64,000 nt of DNA from Octopus bimaculoides. Taxonomy: Eukaryota. The DNA lies in NCBI RefSeq assembly GCF_001194135.2, contig NC_068990.1:86793772-86857771 (forward strand). The letters are read 5' to 3'. This document shows, in pieces, positions 23,825-36,412 of the stretch (positions within the stretch are counted from its first letter, which is position 1; every line of letters begins with the position of its first letter). The position numbers and the translations under genes were made by a program. Under the pieces are notes generated by a model. That model saw nothing but the letters and a program-made list of their open reading frames with translations, did not search any database and had not been told where the DNA came from.

Positions 23825-24110
23825 AGCCCACATGCATATTAGCGTACTGGTTAAGAGCGCGGGCTACTAACCCCAAGATTCCGAGTTCGATTCCAAGCAG
23901 TGACCCGAACAACAACAATAATAATAATAATAATAATAATGATAATAATAATAATAATAATAATAATGATAACATCGAAAATACCTGAGGAATGAGAACC
24001 CAGGGGTTCGAAATTTTCCCAAGACATTTGATGAAGGTTGGAGGGTATATCAGCCGAAACGTTGTGTTAACAACAAACAAGAGGACAAATATCCGTCAAA
24101 TGTAAATAAT
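23825..24110 (+). mobile_element. tRNA-headed SINE family D: head, (TAA)n spacer and hammerhead-like tail
   Basis: A box TAGCGTACTGG (23840-23850), anticodon-like stem-loop GGG-CTACTAA-CCC, B box GTTCGATTC (23885-23893), (AAT)n spacer about 23908-23970, then GGAATGAGAACCCAGG and an HHR fold at 24023-24068. Confidence 0.75.
24023..24068 (+). ncRNA. Minimal type I hammerhead ribozyme with a C3-to-U core substitution
   Basis: GACAU-UUGAUGA-A-GGUUG(GAGGGUAUAU)CAGCC-GAAA-CG-UU|GUGUU. Helix I GACAU/GUGUU (2 wobbles), 5-bp helix II, palindromic AACGUU helix III, GUU triplet. Confidence 0.62.
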
Positions 24111-24121
24111 GTCAGTAATGT

Positions 24122-24310
24122 ATCCCAGTAGTTCTAAGTGCACTGGGAACTATCCCTAAAGATCTGACGAGATGGATAGAGGAAATAGGCATAAAGCCCA
24201 GTAAAGTACAGCTGCAGAAACCAGTGGTATTAGGGAGAGCTAGAATACTTAGGATTTTTCTTGGCGTGTAAGGCTAATTGTTGTAAACCGATGTTAGGAT
24301 TCTTTTCTTT
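24122..24310 (+). mobile_element. R4/Dong-like LINE 3' fragment
   Basis: Open frame 24122-24271: IPVVLSALGTIPKDLTRWIEEIGIKPSKVQLQKPVVLGRARILRIFLGV*, homologous to the C-termini at 39.5 kb and 53.7 kb. Confidence 0.82.
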
Positions 24311-24372
24311 TCCAATTACACACAAACACACACACGCACACACACATACACACACAAACACACACACACACG

Positions 24373-24417
<45 letters not shown>

Positions 24418-25937
24418 AGACACACAGTGCAAAGATAAAGATTTATATATTAATCAGTTCTATATATTAATTAATTAAACTGCAGCTGTTTAGACTGAAG
24501 GTCACCCACGGCATAACCACTCCGTTGTAATATGAATGTTGCTACATGTATGTGCGTATCTTTGCGTATGTAGATAAGTGTGTGTGTGTGTATACGTGTG
24601 TGCGTGTATGTATGTTTACATGTACGTGTACATGTATATTGGAAAATGTCTCTGATTTAAGCATGACTCAGTGCAATAATTATTATTAAAGAGATTTCAT
24701 ATTTTTTCATTAGTATTTTATGTTTAGTTTGGAGAAATAACGATTCTAAATCCATTAACCCTTGTAGATCTCGTGTTCATAATCTGAATAAAAACGAAAG
24801 TAATGGCAGACGACATGGTAACGACACCTCAGTGCTCTCATTTCATTGAGGACCATAAGTCTTTGAAAGGTTAATGGATATAGGAAAGTTATCGTAGAAA
24901 ATAAATATAGAGTAATGAGAAAATATGACCAAATGTCTCAGGAATATAGCAACATGAACATTGAAACGTTTTAATGTATACATACATATGTGAATGTATG
25001 TATAGCTGTGTGTGTGTGTGTGTGTGCGTGTGAGTATGTGTGTGGCGGTGTATATGTTCTGTGTTAAGATGATGTTATATAGTTTTGCACTGAAGAACCG
25101 TTGATGATTTGCATTCAAATGCACGATGACCAATCACTGCAGAAGATGCAAATAGTCACAAGAGTGAAACGTGCGCAGCGACAGAATAACATGAACTGCA
25201 TATTGTATTTATTATGTTTTCAAACAGGCGCGCACACACATATATATACATATATATGTGTGTGTGTGTATTTATATTTACATATATATATATACATATA
25301 TATATATGCATATATATATATGCGGGGGGGGGGTATGCATATGTATATATCTATATCTATCTATCATTATATATATATATANNNNNNNNNNNNNNNNNNN
25401 NNNNNNNNNNNNNNNNNNNNNNNNNNNNNCATTAGAGGTTGTGTTATCCTCTTGAATGGATGGTCTCATCCAAGGAAATGCTGGTTCAATACCTAGTATT
25501 TTGGGGGAATGAATATCCTTAAAATAATAGGTGTATATAAAAGCATATAGTTTATGTTCATATAAAAGAAGAAGAAAATGGAAATTCAGTAGTTAATAAT
25601 ATATATATATATATATATATAGAGTTAAACGCAGGTGTTATTCAAATTCTTTTACTTCCAACACATGCTTCGAAGATATCACTGGTATTATTCCAAAGGA
25701 GAACCTGGGTTCTCATTCCCACAGATATATGTCGTAGTGGTTAAGAAATACTCCCATGATACTTGAATCGATTTGGTAGAAGTGGCGCGCAGGTAGAACG
25801 AACACGGGTATGCATAATTATGACACGAGCACTTTACCCACAATACCATGTAGTCTTTATTTGGTAGTATGTTTGTGTGTGTTTGTGAAAGGGAGGGGGA
25901 GAGAGAGAATAAGAGAGAGCAATTGGAAGAAATCTTT

Positions 25938-26320
25938 GTGGCACTTCGTCGGTTACGACGACGAGGGCTCCAGTTGATCCGATCAACGTAACAGCCTGCT
26001 CGTGAAATTAAAGTGCAAGTGGCTGAGCACTCCACAGACACGTGTACCCTTAACGTAGTTCTCGGGGAGATTCAGCATGACACTGTGTGACAAGGCTGAC
26101 CCTTTGAAATACAGGTAGAAGAGAAACAAGAAGAAAGAGTGAGAGAAAGTTGTAGTGAAAGAGTACGGCAGGGTTCGACACCACCACCTGCCGGAGCCTC
26201 GTGAGGCTTTAGGGGATTTCGCTCAATAAACACTCACAACGCCCGGTCTGGGAATCGAAACCGCGATCCTACGACAGACAGCGAGTCCGCTGCCCTAACC
26301 ACTGGGCCATTAAGCCTCCA
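25938..26320 (-). mobile_element. tRNA(Arg)-like SINE family C, full length
   Basis: Head TGGAGGC..TGGCCCAGTGGTTAGGGCAGCGGACTCGC..GGTTTCGATTCCCAGACCGGGCG (A and B boxes, TCG anticodon-like loop). Body shared with 47914-48119; tail ...GTCGTCGTAACCGACGAAGTGCCAC. Confidence 0.88.
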
Positions 26321-26405
26321 CTAATAGAAAGAAATAATTGCTTTCAGTATGCACCTCTGACCCACTGTAATAACAGTGAATGACTTTCCTGTAATAGATG
26401 CGCAT

Positions 26406-26442
<37 letters not shown>

Positions 26443-28789
26443 TCCGTCCATATCATTCCTATGACAAGGTATTCGGAATGTAGCGAGCAGTTTATTATTT
26501 ATTACTACTTCCATGAGACTAAACTGGAGACGCTGTATTTCAAAGCCTTAAAGGCTCTCCAGTTCACTTCACTTCCAATTTAATATAGAAGCTTTAGATT
26601 GAAACTGTTGTTATATTAGTACCTCTTATTTCTGGCACAAACCTCGTTTATCATATTAGTTTAGCTCATCTATCGCATTTATTCTCTTTTTCTATTTTAT
26701 TTCTCTATTTTCTTTTTTCTATCAGTTTCATCTTCTAAATACTCGTACGGCTGGTTTTCTTTTAAAATTTTTGCATCATAGTTTGAGATTTAATTAAATT
26801 GTCTCTACATAAAGAAGCTTCGGCACATCTGGGGTTTTATATAACAGCTGAGTCTATTCGCAGCTTTTAGAAGTTTCCGTCGGTCGTGTCATCTCTAGCA
26901 TTTTATTTTCCAAACATCCAAATAGAGATGCTGGTTTATAGTTCGTCAAAATCATTTAAATTCACTGTTACTTTCATCCCTCTAATATATTTACAACAGA
27001 CCAAAATGCTAATCCCAAAGACATACCCCCGCCCAACCTCCGATCACTTGTACATGTTGTGTAACGAATGTGATCGATAGGACCTTAAAGGTCAAAAAGC
27101 AACCAATGGAAAGAGAATCAAAAGATAGGAAACGCGCCCACAAAATGTAAGAGATACAAATGGTGGTGGTGTGGAATAGTTTTGATCAACGTGGCACCAT
27201 CACCATTCCAACAGCAGCTACGGCATTAATTTGATCACCGTCAACACAAATATCACACACACCTAAGTTTACAAGTACATGCACAACCTTATTCACACAA
27301 GCACATACACACACACACAGCTCAGAACACAGCACACACACACAGCTCAGAACACAGCACACACACACAAGCAAAAGAGAAATTATTAACTACACGGTCA
27401 TAAATACAACAAAAAAAATATAGTGAATGACATACATCAACATACAACATCACATACAATAACTTCATCACATCAATGAATACCATGCCAGTATTAGACT
27501 AACACAAAGTATAAACACATTTTCAGAAATACTATCCTATCAATGTGGGTGAATATCAGCAAAGGACCGTACAGAAAACTAATTATGTAAAACCTCAAAA
27601 CCATCCAGAGGGATTGAACACTTGCCTCCCTCTTGTCTACTGATTTGGGATTTTAATATTCTCTTTGCACTTTAGAAATATTCTTTCATGATTTGTCTTT
27701 CATTCTTCTATCCCTTTTAAGTTGCATTACGCTACATTCTAGGTTCGAATTTCGTCTTTCCTTTCACTTTCTTACAAGGCTTCTTAACAATCTACTGGAG
27801 TAGCTCGCTTCCTACGCACCCTGCAGTTAAAGGGAGGGAATTCTTGAAATTAGTTGTTATGCAGCTTGTCTCACTTTAGACAATGTTTTTTTCTAAATTT
27901 AAAATTATGAAATTAGACGTTAGGATAGGGAGAGATTGACTTGGAAGCCAACCGAAAAAAATTATCAAAAATTATCCAGCTATTTTATTTGCTATATCAG
28001 TTATAATCCATTGGAAGTTAAGGAAAAATTTCCCGAAAAGAAAGTTCCTGTCACCTGATTAGATTATGTTTCAAACTCTCTCGACTTCAAGACCAACTAC
28101 GCTGACTGTTTTTTTACGGCCAAACACCATGCAACAATACAAAATGACGATGTAATTAATACTTGCAATGTAATGGTTTGAGACAGGTAGAGAAAAACGA
28201 AATATCAGATATTGCTCATTTTATCACACTCCTCACCTTATATCGCATAAAACATGTATGCTCTTCATTCAAGTAATTTTGAGACCTATTTTGTTATGAG
28301 GCTCTACAGGGATTACAAAAGAAACTTGTTGTTTTAATCCTTTAAATTAAATTATTACTTCTCGTATCCACTCTACTTCCAACAGTGGATATCATTCCTG
28401 TTCCGTCTACCACCACTTTGCTAAAGGCATTCAAGAACCAGTCAGTGATGTTAATCTGGACAATGGATTATACCTTCTGCTCATTGAACCGAAACGGTCA
28501 CTTCCGATAGAATTCCACACTGTTTCTATCCTCCTAATTTCACTTGGATCGACCTGAGACTTTGTTACAATATACTTTTTACCTTGGTGACACGCAGTGA
28601 GAAAACTTGTAATCATGTAGTTGCTAAGCAACCTCCTTTAGCAACACAGACATGCTTGCCCCAAGCTGGGATATCGAAGTCACTCGATTTTTAAACGTTC
28701 CACTTCTTAGTCCTGGAATTCGAAGTGGGTCCAGTATTATGATGTTAATGATACTGTTCCCAATGTTGTCATTGCTACTACCGTCGTTA

Positions 28790-28811
28790 TTTTTGCTGCT
28801 GCTGCCGCTGC

Positions 28812-28844
<33 letters not shown>

Positions 28845-28895
28845 CGCCGCTGCTATTTCCCTTCTGATGCTGCTGTTGCTGTTGTTGTTGTTTTG
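28790..28895 (+). repeat. (GCT)n/(GTT)n microsatellite
   Basis: Directly visible; source of the poly-Q/S/L pseudo-ORFs. Confidence 0.9.
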
Positions 28896-29065
28896 TGTAG
28901 TTCAATAACAGCAAAGACATTAGAAACTGTTCTTATTGAGTTGCTGGTATCGTTGTTATTGCTTAGTCTCAAGTTAACTTTCACCTGACCTTCCAGTCAT
29001 GACCATCTCTTCTTAATTTTATGGTTGTTATCAAACCCTTTCCTTAATATGGTACAGAGCGGCGG

Positions 29066-29225
29066 AAGGCGGTGAGCTGGCAGAATCGTTAGCACGCCGG
29101 GCAAGATGCTTACCAGCATCTCCTCCGTGAGTTCAAATTCCACCGAGGTCGACTTTGCCTTTCATCCTTTCGGGGTCGATAAAATAAGTATCAGTGATTT
29201 ACTGGCCTTTTTGCCAAAATTTGAA
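29066..29225 (+). mobile_element. SINE family A, monomer (internally deleted)
   Basis: AAGGCGGTGAGCTGGCAGAATCGTTAGCACGCCGGGC...GAGTTCAAATTCCACCGAGGTCGACTTTGCCTTTCATCCTTTCGGGGTCGATAAA. Confidence 0.88.
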
Positions 29226-30169
29226 ATCAAAATGGTGCAGAATGGTTCAATTGCTATTTGGCTGCTATTTTTAGCAGAACTAAAAGCCTCACAGACGTTC
29301 CATCACTGACTCAATGTTTTTCGTGTAGTTGTTGGTGGTGATTGTAGTTTTAGGAGTGACGGCGGCGATGATGATATAATAGAGGATGTTCAAAAAGTCT
29401 CTCCGCAGTGAATTTTTTTTCATCCAAGATGTATTTTTCAAAACATGTGCAGAAGAGTCAACTTATGTATTAAAAATGAAGGACAATACTTTCAACACCT
29501 CTTATAAGGTTTTTTTAAAGTCTTTTAAGGTCTAATATATTCTTTTGCAGTCTAATACCATCTTATAAATATGTATTTTGCAATGAAATACTGCGGAGAG
29601 ACTTTTTGAACACCATGTATTATAGTCTTTTTATTATTTATCTTATTACTGCATCATATTGCTGCCATTGATACCGCTATTAGCTTTATCACTACAGTTA
29701 TTAGTATTAGGCTACAAGTGGATCTTGTCACACTTATCGATATAATCGACAATATTATTTAACATATTATTGTCATTATTGCTAATATCTGCTTCATCAT
29801 TCTGCCATAAAGAGAGGATTGCCACTGCCACTTTCATTATATAAATCTACTCCCACTGCTCTACGTGTGTAGCTATTATTAAAAATATTAATTGTTCGCT
29901 TTGTCGTCAAACCACAATTAATGATTCAAATATGATTCCCTAGAGGCAAGATACTCTACGAACAAAACCTCTCCTCTTCAGTTACTAAATATGTTACACA
30001 ATAAATACCGAAACAATTAAACAGTAACTGACATTCAATTTAGATAATTAATTTTAGAAAACCTTTCGAAGAGCTTGGCGCGCAAATAGATCCAACTCAG
30101 TCAACAGTAAGTAGGAATTATATTGACAAACTAGGATTTCATCACGATTGTTATCAAGCCCTGGACATT

Positions 30170-30437
30170 ACCGTGTAGGATCTTTGGATTCATTCGGCCG
30201 GTACCCAGGTTTCCATGGTGAATAAGTGACCAAGATCACAGCATTCCTCCACCCCTACACCCCTGAACGGGATGCCTGTCTGTCGTTGGGGTACTTACTA
30301 ATTTACAGCTGGAGTGACTGGAACATCATGAAATGGAGTGTTTTACTTAAGGACACAACTCACCGCTCGGTCCAGGAATCGAAATCGCGTTCCTACGATT
30401 GTGAGTGGAACATTCTAACCACTTGGCCACGCGCCTT
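30170..30437 (-). mobile_element. tRNA-derived SINE family E (Meta/CORE-like central domain)
   Basis: Head AAGGCGCGTGGCCAAGTGGTTAG...GATTTCGATTCCTGG; central GTGTCCTTAAGTAAAACAC...CCAGCTGTAAAT; then GGCATCCCGTTCAGGGG. A related head lies at 57133-57213. Confidence 0.7.
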
Positions 30438-30480
30438 TGGGTTTGCAAACCGCTCCCCAGTTCTGCCTTCTTTTGCAATA

Positions 30481-30860
30481 ATTATCCTTCCTACAATAGG
30501 CACAAAGTCAGAAATTTGGAAGAAGGGGCGAGCCGATTACATCGGCCCCAGCACTCAACTGGTACTTATTTCATCGACCCCCAATGGATAGAAATATAAG
30601 CTGACCTCGGCGGTATTTGAACTCACATTTGCGTTAATTATAATAAAGAACATAGGCACATGAGCATAAATCTAAGTGGAATGTGATTTATTGGGTACAT
30701 CGACCTTCAAATAAGATCGTTACTTTATTTCTTAGACAATAGGCCCCACTCAATCAACCCAATGGATAAAAAAACCGATAAATTTGATCTCAGGCGTATT
30801 TGAACTCAGCAGATAAAGGGATGTAACTAGATACTACAAGACATTTCATCCGGCTTTCAA
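30481..30860 (-). mobile_element. Two decayed SINE family A copies in tandem (about 30481-30627 and about 30700-30860)
   Basis: Plus-strand ACTGGTACTTATTTCATCGACCCC...GACCTCGGCGGTATTTGAACTC, and a more diverged second GATCTCAGGCGTATTTGAACTCAG. Confidence 0.75.
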
Positions 30861-31054
30861 CAACAGCTTCATTTAGAAATGTCATCCGTGTAAATTTTTA
30901 ATATATTTTGCATGAAATTCAATAGAGAATTTAAAAACAAAACAACAACAGCATCAATAAGAAAATTAATAACTAAAAAAACTGCAACACACGTAACGAC
31001 TTTGTAAAATCAATGGTGTTCCTGCTGTTGATGATATTCATGATGGGTGGGCGG

Positions 31055-31100
31055 ATGATGATGATGATAATGATGATGATGATGATGATGGTGATGATGG

Positions 31101-31149
<49 letters not shown>

Positions 31150-31226
31150 GACGACGATGATGATGGCAATGATGATGATGATCACGACGATGATGATGGC
31201 AATGACGACGATGATGATGATGATGG

Positions 31227-31262
<36 letters not shown>

Positions 31263-31539
31263 CGAAGACGACGATGATGATGGTGATGATGATGATGATG
31301 ATGACCATGACCATGACGATGGTGATGATGATAACAATGACGACGACGACGACGACGACGATGATGTTAATGATGATGATGACAATTGTGATGAGGATGA
31401 TGATGGTTTTGTTTATGATAATTATGACGACGATGTGGATCAATAATTTGAAGTTGATGATATTACCACTGTGACGGCGACGACGACGACGACGACGACG
31501 ATAATGCTGATGATAATTATAACGATGAAGACGACAACG
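31055..31539 (+). repeat. Long imperfect (GAT)n/(GAC)n trinucleotide array ending in a gap
   Basis: Directly visible; the poly-M/I/S ORFs are artefacts. Confidence 0.95.
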
Positions 31540-31960
31540 NNNNNNNNNNNNNNNNNNNNNNNNNNNNNNNNNNNNNNNNNNNNNNNNNNNNNNNNNNNNN
31601 NNNNNNNNNNNNNNNNNNNNNNNNNNNNNNNNNNNNNNNNNNNNNNNNNNNNNNNNNNNNNNNNNNNNNNNNNNNNNNNNNNNNNNNNNNNNNNNNNNNN
31701 NNNNNNNNNNNNNNNNNNNNNNNNNNNNNNNNNNNNNNNNNNNNNNNNNNNNNNNNNNNNNNNNNNNNNNNNNNNNNNNNNNNNNNNNNNNNNNNNNNNN
31801 NNNNNNNNNNNNNNNNNNNNNNNNGAAATTTTCTGCTCTTATATTTCAAATCTTTGTTCTCTTTATGGTTTTGTCTTCCTCGTCTGTTTCTTTCATAAAC
31901 ACGAACGGCCCACTTGATTCCATATTGCTACCATTGTCTTCTTACTTCTGTTGTTCCTGC

Positions 31961-32008
<48 letters not shown>

Positions 32009-34872
32009 CGTTGTTATTGTTACTATCGTTGTTGTGATTGTAACTAATGTGCTTTTTTTATGTTTCATGTGCTTGTTGAATTTGCGTGTTTCGCATCAGA
32101 CGAATGTGTGTTCTTCTTAATGTTACTGTTGTTTTTGTTTGTTATAGCACATGCTTTAGTTGTTGGTTTTGAAGGAAGATTATTGACATTGAGACTGTGA
32201 ACATTGTACTTAGACTGTTTTAAGTCGACGATTGCAGGAAAACGTGTACAGAGAAAGATTCCCACTGCAATATAACATACATTTATATCACATTATACCA
32301 TACAACACCATAATATATTTCTCCATTTACTCACACCACACAGTTACATAACACTGGTATTCATTCCCTCAAACAGCACTATATCATACATCTCCTTTAC
32401 GTTAAACTACATCAGACTACCTACCATATCACACCTACACATCACAACCACACAACATTATTGTTATGATGTGGATCCTTGTCCAGTTATATGTTATTGT
32501 CGCCATTATTATGTTGTGGTGGTATTCCGCCTCATCTTTGAGTCTTATTATCGTCGTGCTATCGCTGATAGCTTCGCAAGACAATGACTGTGAAGTGTCT
32601 ACCTTGACGGTAACTCAAACTCGTATATATCACGCAACTGACAATGAATGCAACTGAGAATTCGTGCAACGACTCTACTACTACTGACTGGCTACAACGA
32701 CTGACTCTGACTTTATAGTGGCTGGTTCATACAACTTTGTCAAGTGGGAAGGGGAAGTCCATTTTCACTAAAACAATTATAATGTACATCGCTATTATAT
32801 TACGGTACATCGTACTCTACCATACTTAGTTTTTACACCACACAGCACTGCACCACACCATACAATGCATCACAATCCTCAACCTATCATGTATGTCCAA
32901 TAGTCATCACACGTAAAATGCCGGATGGCGGAAATGCGATTAAGCAATAATTGTGTTTTTATTGACGAGTTCCGCCATAACTGGCAAGTCTTGTGTAATT
33001 TTATTTCTTGTCTGAATGACTCCAATTAAATACTTGTATAATTAATCAATAATTGATTTTGAGAAGTGTGTTGGATCGGAAGAAACAGTGGAGTGTCTGA
33101 CTAAATGGTTAACAGTATTTTAAATTAGTTTAGCTTCTCCAATGCTCATCCAACCTCACCTGTCATCTTTCTGAGAAAGTAGAATAGTATAGGTAGGAAC
33201 GATAACGTAAGCATGAACCATGCGCTAAATTAAATATTTGTTTTTGTTTTATTTACTATGACAGTAGCTGAGCTAATTATTATTATTATTATTATTGTTG
33301 TTCAGTAGTTTTATTTTTATAACGTGCTTTCACTTCACTACCGAGCGCAGCTCTGTGCGCCTTGGGTATGTGCTGTGGTTTGCTGTGGTGCTCTTATGTT
33401 TACTGTAGTGAAAGTGTTTTGAGTAGAATGTGTACAGTACCCAGTAGTGCAATTTTCTGTATGTNNNNNNNNNNNNNNNNNNNNNNNNNNNNNNNNNNNN
33501 NNNNNNNNNNNNNNNNNNNNNNNNNNNNNNNNNNNNNNNNNNNNNNNNNNNNNNNNNNNNNNNNNNNNNNNNNNNNNNNNNNNNNNNNNNNNNNNNNNNN
33601 NNNNNNNNNNNNNNNNNNNNNNNNNNNNNNNNNNNNNNNNNNNNNNNNNNNNNNNNNNNNNNNNNNNNNNNNNNNNNNNNNNNNNNNNNNNNNNNNNNNN
33701 NNNNNNNNTATATATATATATACATATATACATACATACATACATACATACATACATACATACATACATACGTACATACATAGTTCGTACACATTCACAC
33801 ATATATGTATGTATATAACATGCATATATATGTCGTTATATTTTATTTTGATTTGGTTATGCTGATATATCTAGTGGAAACCAGTTCATCTTCAGGGAAA
33901 GGAAGTAGCTTTAATTTACTTTAGAAAATGGAGAAAATTTGGTGGAGAAAGACAACCGACCCGAATTTAGGAGATTGTGATTTAGGTGATGGGAATGGAG
34001 GAAGACGGAGGAGATTGAAGAGGAGAGGGAAACTTATTAGTTCATTTGCAGTAAATTATTTTCTCTGTCACTTGATTTTCACTTGTTTGTTTGCAGCTAT
34101 AGATACTCAAATTTAGAATGAACGTGCGTGGCATTCTAGTTTCAAACACAAGTAAATGTATATATGGAGTCTCACGCATATACGGGCAATAGATATTTCT
34201 ACATTCGTGTTCTCACACATGCAGGTCCATAAACAAATAAGTATATACGATTACGCAACAACACTTTATGTGACTATATCAACCTTTTTGAGATCAGCGA
34301 CAGATTTCAAAGCTGGATTTTTTTAAAGAGGCAGAAAAATTAAGTAAAACACAGGTCGATTAAAAAAGCACATAATATTTAAAGTGGAAAGACCGCCTGG
34401 GTCGGCTGGGAACCGCGGCAGGGAACCGCATGCCTGTATACAACTACGTTCAAACTGCCACTAGAAAGCAAATGTATTCGAGATACAGGCCCAAGGGTGT
34501 TAGTAAAGTTGCTTTATATCATTTGGTTTTGGATCTCTTGTTTATGTTGTTTGATGAGAATAGTCTCTTTTAAGGTTACTGTGGTTGATGCTTTTAATGC
34601 CGTAATGGCTTCTGTTGTTAAAACTGTTATTTGTTAAATTGGGTTCGCTATTTCTGATTAGTTATTTTGTTATTGTTTATTCCCAGATCAATCCTTACTA
34701 AGTGCATACATGACTAAAAGGATCCGAACTAAGCCCTTTAAAAGCGAGTGGTGGGATATATTATCCAGTGTGCTCCTTTAAGTCGATAGATTTTGATTTG
34801 AGAGAGATTTGGCTATTATTTTCAGCAAGGCGAATGTCCGTACAGAGGCTCCGTTATTATTGCTTTTCCGAC

Positions 34873-35301
34873 AAGGCGGCGAGGTGGCAGAAACATTAGC
34901 ACGCCTGGTGAAATGTTTAGCGGTATTTCGTCTGTCTTCGTGTTCTGAGTTCAAATTCCACCGAGGTCGATTTGCCTTTCATCCTTTCGGAGTCGATAAA
35001 TTAAGTATCAGTTATGCACTGGGGTCGATGTAATCGGCTTAATCCCTTTGTCTGTCCTTGTTTGTCCCCTCTATGTTTAACCCCTTGTGGGCAATAAAGA
35101 AATAAGTAACGTTAGCACGCCGGGTGAAATGCTAAGCGATATTTCGTCTGTTTTTACATTCTGAGTTCAAATTCGACCGAGGTCGACTTTGCCTTTCATC
35201 CTTTCGGGGTCGATAAATTAAGTACCTGCTGCGTACTGGAGTCGATCTAATCGACTGGCTTCCTCCCCAAAAATTTCAAGCCATGTGCTTAGCGTAAAAA
35301 A
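34873..35301 (+). mobile_element. SINE family A dimer with a probable decayed 18-bp target-site duplication
   Basis: Two monomers joined by TTAATCCCTTTGTCTGTCC...CAATAAAGAAATAAG. Flanks are TATTATTGCTTTTCCGAC (34855-34872) and TATTATTGGTTTTGCGTC (35302-35319), 15/18 identical. Confidence 0.9.
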
Positions 35302-35889
35302 TATTATTGGTTTTGCGTCTGTTAGTGATCTTAAAGGTTTTGGACAGATTGTTTTTTGCTCCATTTTATTCCTTTCCTACATTTAGAATGTGTGATCTTG
35401 GGCTGAGTGATAACCCCAACAACAACAAAACTAAAAGCACTATAGGTAAGACTACAAAATATAATACCGTACACATCTGAAGAACAAAGAGCTAGAGTTA
35501 ATAGCGTAGTGAAAAGCTCGCACGTAACCAATAAATAGATGTCATAATAACAGCGTTTCATCTAATTTTGTTCTATCATTGAAGAACCTCCTTCTTGGCA
35601 GACTAGCTAGATTTCCAATGCATTAATATTATGACGTTACAAGTCTAGTATGATATTGTCACATTGCCATGTGTGTCCGTCGAACAATACGGTTGTTTAC
35701 TTGTGTAGTTGTGTTGGCAAATCTAATTGGTTGAATGTTCTTGATTTAAATCTCTGCATTAGCAAACGAAAAGAAAGCAAAAATATAAATAGTTAATATT
35801 GAAAAGCAAAAACGATTTACGTGGAGAGAGAATGTGTGAATGAGAGATAGATTATTGTGCGTGTGTATGTGTGTGTGAGAGAGAGGGAG

Positions 35890-35985
35890 GAAGAGATGTG
35901 GAGATAGAAGAAATATAAACATTGAAAGAGCGGGAGAGAGAGAGAGAGATGTGGAGATAGAAGAAATATAAACATTGAGAGAGGG
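35890..35985 (+). repeat. Two-copy tandem duplication in a (GA)-rich tract
   Basis: AGAGATGTGGAGATAGAAGAAATATAAACATTGA occurs twice. Confidence 0.85.
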
Positions 35986-36412
35986 AAAGGGAGAGAGAGA
36001 GAGAGAAGATGAAGTGATAGGTGGAGAGTTGTAGAGACAATGCAAGCGAGATGCAGTGAGAGAAACTCAACGTGGAAGAAATTCAGAAATTTAGTGAGAG
36101 CACTACATTCGTAAAGAGATGAAAAGAGCGCGAGATACAGAAAGAGATAGAAGCAGAAAATGCGAGAGAAATAGCATGAGAGTTTGAGAGACAGAGACAG
36201 AGAGAGAAAAAGAGAAAGTGGGAATATTTGTATGAGATACGAGAATGAAATTTTGAAATCAATTCTGTTGTTCTGAAATTTGTATTTTCTGGCTGGATTA
36301 AACATTTCAGAATAATGTTGAGAAAGAATGAAACAAAATATATGTTCTTTAGAGATTAAAATTAAGGCTGAACAAATGCAGAAACTATTGTGTTTTAGAA
36401 TATATTTTTAAA

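Noticed and set aside
27300-27372. Repeated CAGCTCAGAACACAG units as a CRISPR-like array
   Set aside because: Only two copies within a (CA)n tract, no unique spacers, and eukaryotic context: a simple tandem duplication.
33860-33900. Minus-strand CTGAAGATGAAC as a hammerhead core
   Set aside because: No downstream GAAA-NUH or helices.
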